A stretch of DNA of 64,000 nucleotides from Bacteroidota bacterium. GTDB taxonomy: Bacteria > Bacteroidota > Bacteroidia > Palsa-965. The stretch's first letter is position 1; each line of letters starts with the position of its first letter. The stretch covers positions 11,737-75,736 of the forward strand of contig JBKDHA010000210.1 in the NCBI GenBank assembly GCA_046335555.1, read 5' to 3'. Made by a program: the position numbers and the translations under genes. Below the pieces are notes generated by a model. That model was not told the DNA's origin, did no database searches, and saw only the letters and a list, made by a program, of their open reading frames with translations. Below, one piece after another: positions 18,770 through 26,124 of the stretch.

Positions 18770-18803
18770 AAAAAGCTGCTTCAGAAATGGGGCAGCTTTT
18801 TTT
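18770..18803 (+). terminator. Intrinsic terminator
   Basis: aaaaagctgcttca-gaaa-tggggcagcttttttt. Confidence 0.75.
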
Positions 18804-18880
18804 GTTGAATTGCAGTTTGTTTTTCAAATTATTTCAGAAAAATGTATTCCTCATTTTGTAGTTTTTGTAAATTACACGGT

Positions 18881-20119
18881 ATGAAAAATTACTTACTTGC
18901 TATTGCCTTTGTTCTTGCTGCAAATATTGTTAGTGCGCAGCAAGCAGATCAGCACTGTCAGGCACATGAGCACCTGCAGAACCAGCTTGCCGATCCGCAG
19001 CAACGTCTGATTTATGAGCAAACACAGCAGCGGATGAATGAATGGCTCTTGCTGCATCCAGAAGGCAATACAACCCGAACTACAGAATATATTCCGGTTA
19101 TTTTTCATGTTGTTTACACAAATGCGGCCGGTAATGTGCCTGTTCAGCGACTTTACGAGCAGATACAAATTCTGAATGAAGATTTCGGCGGATATAATGC
19201 GGATTACACAAACACTCCGGGTGTTTGGCAACCTATATCAGGCAATACAGATATTCAGTTTTGCCTCGCACAGATTGATCCACAGGGCAACTGGACACCC
19301 GGTTATGAATATATTCAGACAACCAGTTCCCCATGTCAGAACTCTATTTTGTTTGCTGCTGCCCCGGGCTGGAACCCGAATGATTATCTGAATATCTGGG
19401 TAGCACAATGTAACAATGGCTTATTAGGTTATGCCTCTTTTCCCGGTTCAGCTTCTGCTACAGAAGATGGTGTAGTAATCATGCACAATTTTATTGGGAA
19501 AACCGGAGCGCAGGCACCCTACAACCTCGGCAGAACCGGCACGCATGAAGTAGGACATTGGTTAGATCTCTACCACATCAGCGGCGACGACGGCAACAAC
19601 TGTACCGGCGATGATCAGGTTGCTGATACGCCTCTGCAAACCGATCAGACCTATGGCTACAATGCACCCAACATAGTAATTACCGATGCGTGCAGCCCTG
19701 CAGCACCCGGAGTGATGTGGATGAACTATATGAACTACTGTGATGATACTAGTATGTATATGTTTACCATGGGACAGAAAGCACGAATGTGGGCAGCTTT
19801 AAACGGACCGCGCTCCGGAATTTTATCGAGCACCAAATGTGTACCCACAAGCGTGCACAATTATACAGACCGTGTACAGCCGGCAGTTTTTCCAAATCCA
19901 ACCGCAGGTATGCTGACCATTGAAGTTCCGGCTGGTTTCGGAGCTATTCAGCAAATCACAATTGTTTCGGTAACGGGTACAAATGTGATGCAAATTGCAC
20001 AGCCGGCAATACGCGAAAACAGGCTGGAACTCAATATTTCACAGCTGAGTGAGGGAATTTATTTCGTTGAGCTTTATACCGCAACAGGTCGCAACGTGAG
20101 CAAGGTTGTACGCAATTAA
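18881..20119 (+). CDS. M43 zinc metalloprotease with T9SS CTD
   Basis: HEVGHWLDLYH; NYMNY; VFPNPT CTD; start set at MKNYLL. Confidence 0.9.
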   Translation: MKNYLLAIAFVLAANIVSAQQADQHCQAHEHLQNQLADPQQRLIYEQTQQRMNEWLLLHPEGNTTRTTEYIPVIFHVVYTNAAGNVPVQRLYEQIQILNEDFGGYNADYTNTPGVWQPISGNTDIQFCLAQIDPQGNWTPGYEYIQTTSSPCQNSILFAAAPGWNPNDYLNIWVAQCNNGLLGYASFPGSASATEDGVVIMHNFIGKTGAQAPYNLGRTGTHEVGHWLDLYHISGDDGNNCTGDDQVADTPLQTDQTYGYNAPNIVITDACSPAAPGVMWMNYMNYCDDTSMYMFTMGQKARMWAALNGPRSGILSSTKCVPTSVHNYTDRVQPAVFPNPTAGMLTIEVPAGFGAIQQITIVSVTGTNVMQIAQPAIRENRLELNISQLSEGIYFVELYTATGRNVSKVVRN

Positions 20120-20216
20120 AAACAGCAAACAAATTCAGTTTTTATCGGGTAAGCTGCCCGAGGCTTCGTAAATTTGCATTCGCAAAGGCACTGTTGCTGC
20201 TGCGAATCTTTTTTCT

Positions 20217-21413
20217 ATGTCTGCTGTTCGTCCGGCCACCGTTGCCGATTTGCTCTCTGCCTCCGGCCATTCCAATGCACTTAAATCTATTGCCGAAAAA
20301 GTTATAGCCGGCGAACGCATTACACCCGCCGAGGGTGAATTGCTTTATACTGATGCTGATCTCGGCTTTGTGGGTTCGCTTGCCAATTATATCCGTCAGA
20401 AGCGTCATGGCGATTACACCTACTTCAACCGCAACTTCCATATCGAACCTACCAACATCTGTGTTTACGATTGTAAGTTTTGCTCCTACTCACGACTGCT
20501 CAAGCAAAAAGAAGGTGCTTGGGAACTTTCGGCAGAACAAATGCTGGACATGGTGCGCAAGTACGACGGGCAGCCGATTACAGAAGTACACATTGTAGGT
20601 GGAGTTCATCCGAAAATGGGGCTTGATTTCTTCGCCAAACTGCTTCAGGACATCAAAAATCACAGACCTGATTTGCATATAAAAGCATTTACGGCTGTAG
20701 AACTTTATTATATGTTCCGCAAAGCGAAAATGACTGTTGAAGAAGGTTTGCAATACCTGAAAGATCACGGTCTTAATTCATTGCCGGGTGGCGGAGCTGA
20801 GATTTTTGATGAAAAAGTGCGTGCAATTATTTCAGAAGATAAATGCAGTTCTGAAGAATGGCTCTATATCCATGAAGCAGCGCATAAACTCGGCATTCCT
20901 TCTAATGCTACGATGCTTTATGGCCATGTAGAATCGTATGCCGACCGCATCGATCACATGGAGCGGCTTCGTCAGCTTCAGGATCGTACCGGCGGTTTCA
21001 ACACATTTATTCCGCTCAAATTCCGCAACAAAGACAACCAGATGTCGCACATCAGCGAAGTATCGGTAGTTGAAGACTTGAAGAACTATGCTGTTTCGCG
21101 CATTTATCTCGATAATTTCGCGCACGTAAAAGCCTACTGGCCCATGATTGGCCGGACAACAACACAACTGGCGCTTTCGTTCGGGGTTGATGATATTGAT
21201 GGTACCATCGACGACTCGACAAAAATTTATACCATGGCCGGCTCTGAAGAGCAATCGCCAAAACTTACCACTGCTGAGTTAGTGAAGCTGATAAAAGACG
21301 TAAAAAGGCATCCTGTTGAACGTGATACACTGTATAATGTGGTGCAGGATTACCTCAATATTGACTTCACTACAAATTCATCAACCGAAAACGAGGCTGT
21401 TTTTTTGAATTAA
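20217..21413 (+). CDS. mqnE: Aminofutalosine synthase (radical SAM, CofH/MqnC/MqnE family)
   Basis: TNICVYDCKFC; VHIVGG; SLPGGGAEIF; NATMLYGH; HVKAYW; FGVDDIDGT. Confidence 0.88.
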   Translation: MSAVRPATVADLLSASGHSNALKSIAEKVIAGERITPAEGELLYTDADLGFVGSLANYIRQKRHGDYTYFNRNFHIEPTNICVYDCKFCSYSRLLKQKEGAWELSAEQMLDMVRKYDGQPITEVHIVGGVHPKMGLDFFAKLLQDIKNHRPDLHIKAFTAVELYYMFRKAKMTVEEGLQYLKDHGLNSLPGGGAEIFDEKVRAIISEDKCSSEEWLYIHEAAHKLGIPSNATMLYGHVESYADRIDHMERLRQLQDRTGGFNTFIPLKFRNKDNQMSHISEVSVVEDLKNYAVSRIYLDNFAHVKAYWPMIGRTTTQLALSFGVDDIDGTIDDSTKIYTMAGSEEQSPKLTTAELVKLIKDVKRHPVERDTLYNVVQDYLNIDFTTNSSTENEAVFLN

Positions 21414-21560
21414 TTGATCTTTTTGGGCACTCCGAAGGAAATTTCATTGTCCATATAAATTAAATAAAACACCTACAAATCAATCATTTAGCAAAAAATA
21501 TACTTAAAACGAGTGTCCCTAATAACACTGTTTCAAGTTTTGTTTCGGAGGGTGTGATTA

Positions 21561-21568
21561 TACATTTG
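21561..21568 (+). promoter_or_regulatory. Bacteroidota -7 promoter element
   Basis: TACATTTG with TTTG upstream at 21539-21542. Confidence 0.6.
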
Positions 21569-21572
21569 TATC

Positions 21573-21742
21573 GTGTGACACCCGAAGAGAAGGTTCAGCT
21601 AATAATCTTATCTCACCATGTTCACAGAGGGGTCCTGTAGAACAGCTTCAAAAAAGGGTTTAGAAGACTTTGGTCTTTGCACATCAGGAAAGTTACCCGG
21701 ATACGCTACTGGGGTTAAAGCGTATCCGGGTTTCCTGTTTTT
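21573..21742 (+). ncRNA. Candidate ~170-nt small RNA (alternatively the mRNA of a 42-aa ORF, 21618-21746)
   Basis: Bounded by a promoter motif and a strong U-tailed hairpin; internal hairpin tgttc-acag...ctgt-a-gaaca. Confidence 0.5.
21685..21742 (+). terminator. Long hairpin with U-tract
   Basis: caggaa-agtt-acccggatacgct / agcgtatccgggt-ttcctg-ttttt. Confidence 0.75.
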
Positions 21743-21744
21743 AT

Positions 21745-22070
21745 AAACTGGAGATTGTCGCGAATCTCTTCGTTGGGCTACTCGCGGAAATCCTCATTTA
21801 CTTAAGTAAACTTCTGATTTCCGCTCGGGCGCCCGCCTCAATCTTCACGACAATCTCCAGTTTAGCATTTCAGTTTTTGTCGCGAATCTCTTCGTTGGGC
21901 TGCTTGTGAAATCTCTTTGTAATTACTCTAATACACGATTTCCGCCCGTGTCTCCCCGCTTCAATCTTCTCGATAACTTTCAACTTAGCATTTCAGTTTA
22001 TTGCTGCAAAATCTATTCGTTGGGCTGCTTGTGAAATCTCTTTGTAATTGCAGCGTATATGATTTCCGCC
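21745..22070. repeat. Three tandem ~122-125 bp structured units, progressively degenerate
   Basis: ttcgttgggc at 21769, 21891 and 22016; gaaatc and gatttccgc in each unit; unit 1 closed by a 20-bp stem with one mismatch. Confidence 0.9.
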
Positions 22071-22175
22071 AAGATTTCGCTTCTTTCTGCTTTGCATTTT
22101 ACTTGTTGTAGATAAATGAAATCAGCAGATCAACCAATTTTCAGCCCATCACTTTCTGATTTACCTTTACGCGAT

Positions 22176-22835
22176 ATGATTACAGGTGTAATATTTGACA
22201 TGGACGGGCTGCTGGTAGATTCGGAACCTTGGTGGCGTGCAGCGGAAACAAATGTATTCGGATCATTGAGCCAGGCTCCTTCTGCAAGCGATTTTAAGGA
22301 AATGATGGGCAACCGAATTGAAGAAGTGATTGCCCGCTGGCGCATAAAACATCCCTGGCAGGGCATGAGCGATGAGGCGGTGAAAGTGGCTATAGTAGAT
22401 GAAGTACAACGCTTAGTCACCACCAATGCCCAACTCATGCCGGGCGTTGTGAACCTGCTTGAGCAATTACAGAAAAAAAAGATGCCTGTAGCACTGGCTT
22501 CTTCCTCGCCGCTGAGATTGATTCGCGGTTTGATGCAGCATTACGGTATCTACAATTACTTTCATGTTGTATGCTCGGCCGAAGCAGAAGATTTCGGGAA
22601 GCCGCATCCTGCGGTGTTTATTACAGCGGCCAAGCATCTCGGTATTGATCCAACCGAACTGCTAGTTATCGAAGATTCGTTCAACGGTGTAATTGCCGCT
22701 AAAGCTGCGAGGATGAAATGCCTTGCTGTTCCGACTCCCGAACACGCAGCACAGCCCCGTTTTGCAGCAGCTGATTTGGTATTGCCTTCGCTGACGATGT
22801 TTGATGATGAAGTTTGGGAATTGCTCTCACGCTAA
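22176..22835 (+). CDS. HAD-superfamily sugar-phosphate phosphatase (HxpB/YniC-like)
   Basis: FDMDGLLVDSE; ALASSS; GKPHP; IEDSFNGVIAAKAARM. Confidence 0.9.
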   Translation: MITGVIFDMDGLLVDSEPWWRAAETNVFGSLSQAPSASDFKEMMGNRIEEVIARWRIKHPWQGMSDEAVKVAIVDEVQRLVTTNAQLMPGVVNLLEQLQKKKMPVALASSSPLRLIRGLMQHYGIYNYFHVVCSAEAEDFGKPHPAVFITAAKHLGIDPTELLVIEDSFNGVIAAKAARMKCLAVPTPEHAAQPRFAAADLVLPSLTMFDDEVWELLSR

Positions 22836-23906
22836 TTCTTCGGGCTTCACATCTTCCTCAAACTTCCGAGCCGACGAATACGTGCGCCATTTTTCAAGCA
22901 CGGCTTTCATATCATCGGGCAATTCAGAATCAAACTGCATCCATTCTTTTGTGCCCGGATGCTGTATTCCGAGCGAACGGGCATGAAGCGCCTGACGCGG
23001 GCAAAGCGCAAAGCAGTTATCAATAAATTGCTTGTACTTGTTGAAACTTGTGCCTTTCACAATGTGCGCACCGCCATAAGTTGCATCATTAAACAACGGA
23101 TGCCCGATATGTTTCATGTGCGCACGAATCTGATGTGTGCGGCCGGTTTCTAATTTGCATTCGACCAGCGTTACATAACCGAAACGCTCAATTACTTTCC
23201 AGTGCGTAACTGCATGTTTGCCTTCGCTTTGGTCGGTGTAAATCTCCATCACTTTGCGATCTTTTCGGCCGCGGCCAATGAAAGCGTCAACTGTTCCTTC
23301 ATTCGCTTCAAAATCGCCCCAAACTAAGGCCAGATAACGGCGGTCGTTGGTACGGTCAAAAAACTGCCGTGCAAGATGCGCCAGCGAATATTCCGTTTTC
23401 GCAATCACCATAATGCCCGAAGTATCTTTATCCAACCGATGCACCAAGCCCGGACGCTGTTCATGCGAACTGGCAGGCAAATTCTCGAAATACCAGAGCA
23501 AACCATTTACAAGTGTGCCTGTATAATTTCCGTAGCCGGGATGCACAACAAGTCCCGGAGGCTTGTTGATAATCATCAGCGTATCATCTTCGTAAACAAT
23601 GTTGAGCGGAATGTTTTCTGCAAGAAGTTCAAAAACCTTGGGCGGATGCGGCAGCAGAATTGAAATACTGTCGAGCGGTTTTACCCTGTAGCTCGGCTTT
23701 ATTGCTTTGTCATTGACAAGTATGTTTCCTGCATCAGCAGCCGCCTGAATTTTTGTACGCGAAACAGATGCCAGTTTGTGCATCAGGTACTTGTCGATAC
23801 GCAGCATCTCCTGCCCCGGATCAACCCGAAAGCGGTGATGCTCATACAATTCCTGTTCGCTGCCGGTTTCAATATCGCCCTCAGGCAGTTCATCTGATAC
23901 GTACAT
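22827..23906 (-). CDS. rluD: RluA/RluD-family 23S rRNA pseudouridine synthase
   Basis: S4 domain; NKPPGLVVHP; VHRLDKDTSG; TGRTHQIR. Confidence 0.93.
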   Translation of the reverse strand: MYVSDELPEGDIETGSEQELYEHHRFRVDPGQEMLRIDKYLMHKLASVSRTKIQAAADAGNILVNDKAIKPSYRVKPLDSISILLPHPPKVFELLAENIPLNIVYEDDTLMIINKPPGLVVHPGYGNYTGTLVNGLLWYFENLPASSHEQRPGLVHRLDKDTSGIMVIAKTEYSLAHLARQFFDRTNDRRYLALVWGDFEANEGTVDAFIGRGRKDRKVMEIYTDQSEGKHAVTHWKVIERFGYVTLVECKLETGRTHQIRAHMKHIGHPLFNDATYGGAHIVKGTSFNKYKQFIDNCFALCPRQALHARSLGIQHPGTKEWMQFDSELPDDMKAVLEKWRTYSSARKFEEDVKPEELA

Positions 23907-23910
23907 GCCG

Positions 23911-23918
23911 CAAAGGTA
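23911..23918 (-). promoter_or_regulatory. -7 promoter element, 4 nt before the rluD ATG
   Basis: Minus strand reads TACCTTTG-CGGC-ATG. Confidence 0.7.
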
Positions 23919-23934
23919 CGGTTATGCTGGCGAT

Positions 23935-24576
23935 CTACTCTACCGTTTTTCCGAATCTCCAGATCAAACCGGCTTCGGCAAGGCTGCTAAAGCCACCCCA
24001 TGTGTATCGATTTATATTTGGATCAATAAGAATAGGAATCGAAAGTCCACAAGAAAGTTTCAAAGCAATACGTTCCGACAAATCTGCAATTAAACCAGCT
24101 CCAAATGTACTTTCGAGCGAAAGCACAGGTTTTTGCGAATAGTTATATTCATCATATGAGTAGTAAATTACTGTTTGTTGAGGAAAATTAATTGTATCAT
24201 ACCGAAGGACTTGTGAATTTCGTCTGAGTGAGGCTCGCGTTTGCTGCACTTGAAAAAAAACAAATGGCTTTATACAACTCTGCTTTAGTGCAAACTGCCG
24301 CTCGGCTCCAAGTCTAACGCCAAAATGCTCAGCCGCAGTACGTGCATAAAACCGGTGTTTGTATATATAATACTGGTTATCTGTTATTACTCGATTGTTT
24401 AGATAATGAATTCCGCCGTAAAAGGTAAATTTGGACGAAAGTGAATAACGGAAGTCAGCACCAACATGCAATCCGCTGTGCGCTTCATTCACAAAAACCT
24501 GAACCGAACGCTGGTTTGCTTGCGCATAAACTATACATGGAGCAGCAATCAAAAACGCAAAAAAGAAAAAACGCAT
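23935..24576 (-). CDS. Putative outer-membrane beta-barrel protein
   Basis: Signal peptide; alternating aromatic/Gly beta strands; AGLIWRF near the C-terminus. Confidence 0.65.
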   Translation of the reverse strand: MRFFFFAFLIAAPCIVYAQANQRSVQVFVNEAHSGLHVGADFRYSLSSKFTFYGGIHYLNNRVITDNQYYIYKHRFYARTAAEHFGVRLGAERQFALKQSCIKPFVFFQVQQTRASLRRNSQVLRYDTINFPQQTVIYYSYDEYNYSQKPVLSLESTFGAGLIADLSERIALKLSCGLSIPILIDPNINRYTWGGFSSLAEAGLIWRFGKTVE

Positions 24577-24644
24577 AGTTATGTGGTTTAATTCGACTTA
24601 CTTAAAAATTAGTCGCTAAACAACTCAAAAGGTTGCTTAATAAA

Positions 24645-25373
24645 CTACGCTTTAAACGCTTTGTAAATGGTAGAAATCCCTTTCGATTGCGGCAATACTT
24701 CAACCTGTGTATACCCTACACCTTCGAGAATTGCTTTGAGTTTTGCGCCGTAAGGAAAATTAATTGCCGAAGAAGATAAATACGAATACGCTCGTTTATC
24801 TTTTGAAAACAAACGGCCAATAAGCGGAAGAAAAACTTTTGTGTGAATGAAATAACCTTGCCGGAACGGAAATTTTTCGGGAACAGAGGTTTCCAAAATC
24901 ACAAAAATTCCGCCGGGTTTGAGTACGCGCAGAATTTCGGCCAAACCTATTTCAAGATGCTCGAAATTCCGGATGCCGTAGGAAACAGTAACTGCATCAA
25001 AGCTGTTGGTTTCAAAAGGCAAACTTTCGGCATCGGCAATTTTGAGTTCAATAATATCGGATAGATTTTGGGCTTTCACTTTTTCGCGGGCAACCGAAAG
25101 CATACCATCTGAAATATCAACGCCAACAATTTTTTTCACGTTAGCTCCCGAAAACAAAATGACCATATCACCGGTGCCGGTTGCAATGTCAAGAAGAGTT
25201 TCAGGCTTTCGGTTGGCTACAATGTTCAGCACATTTTCGCGCCACTTCACATCCATTCCAAATGTAATTACACGGTTCAGCTGATCGTAGTTCGACGATA
25301 CATTGTCGAACATTTTGCTGACCTGTGTTTTTTTCGAATCGTTCGACTCTCGGTAAGGTACTATCGGTTCCAT
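24645..25373 (-). CDS. ubiE: Demethylmenaquinone methyltransferase (UbiE/MenG)
   Basis: MFDNVSSNYDQLN; LDIATGTGD; LPFETNSFD; YGIRNF; VLKPGG. Confidence 0.93.
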   Translation of the reverse strand: MEPIVPYRESNDSKKTQVSKMFDNVSSNYDQLNRVITFGMDVKWRENVLNIVANRKPETLLDIATGTGDMVILFSGANVKKIVGVDISDGMLSVAREKVKAQNLSDIIELKIADAESLPFETNSFDAVTVSYGIRNFEHLEIGLAEILRVLKPGGIFVILETSVPEKFPFRQGYFIHTKVFLPLIGRLFSKDKRAYSYLSSSAINFPYGAKLKAILEGVGYTQVEVLPQSKGISTIYKAFKA

Positions 25374-25434
25374 AATTTCCTTCTTACGCTGCAGTTTGCC
25401 TGAGTTCCTGTTGTATGTTAAACAAACAAATCGT

Positions 25435-26019
25435 TCATTTTCCTTTCCGGTCGGGAAAAATTGATCTCACCAGATTGAGTTTTCGTTGGCTGTTGCGGAA
25501 AACACCGTGGTGGGCATTGCGCACATCTTCGACCGAGAAAAAAGCATTGGGCTGATGTTGTTCGAGTATGGCGATGACATCAGGAACACTGGTGCGTTTT
25601 ACAACAGTAAAAATCATTTTCACCGGGCCTTTTGAGCCTTCGGCATCAACTACAGTGATACCGTGATTGGCTGCCCGAAGTGCGGCTATGAGTTCAGGGC
25701 TAAGCTGGTTGGTGATAATCCGGATTACCTGCGTTCCCAAAGCAAGCCGCTCCTCAATCCGCATTCCGACATACGTCCCTGCCGAAAAACCGCCAGCCCA
25801 GGCAACATAAGACAGCACATTATCAACGTGACTCATTACCTGTTTCATGGCAATGAGCCAGATAAGCACTTCAAAAAAGCCAATAAACGGTACTATTTTC
25901 CGAAACCCTTTGGAAATAAAAATGTTCCGCAATGTGGCCAGCGTAACATCGCCGAGACGTGAAATAAAAATGAGGAGCGGGATGATTACCCAATTAAGCA
26001 GATCGTCGCTGATGTGCAT
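25435..26019 (-). CDS. UPF0316/DUF2179-type membrane protein
   Basis: DVTLATLR; GFFEVLIW; GMRIEERLALG; PNAFFSVEDVR. Confidence 0.85.
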   Translation of the reverse strand: MHISDDLLNWVIIPLLIFISRLGDVTLATLRNIFISKGFRKIVPFIGFFEVLIWLIAMKQVMSHVDNVLSYVAWAGGFSAGTYVGMRIEERLALGTQVIRIITNQLSPELIAALRAANHGITVVDAEGSKGPVKMIFTVVKRTSVPDVIAILEQHQPNAFFSVEDVRNAHHGVFRNSQRKLNLVRSIFPDRKGK

Positions 26020-26124
26020 GAGAGCTATGCAATACTTTGTTACGCTGCTGCAAATTATTTACAAAGCAGCAGCGGGCTCAAAGATAGCTGAAAAACGGGC
26101 GCTGAACGATTAATCGCTTTTGTT

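Noticed and set aside
20217-21746. RiPP system (radical SAM plus Cys peptide)
   Set aside because: The enzyme has MqnE/CofH-family motifs and no SPASM or RRE domain; no transporter or dedicated peptidase is adjacent
21670-21909. 79-aa ORF in the mqnE-HAD gap
   Set aside because: TTG start; reads through a terminator and repeat units; no protein-like features
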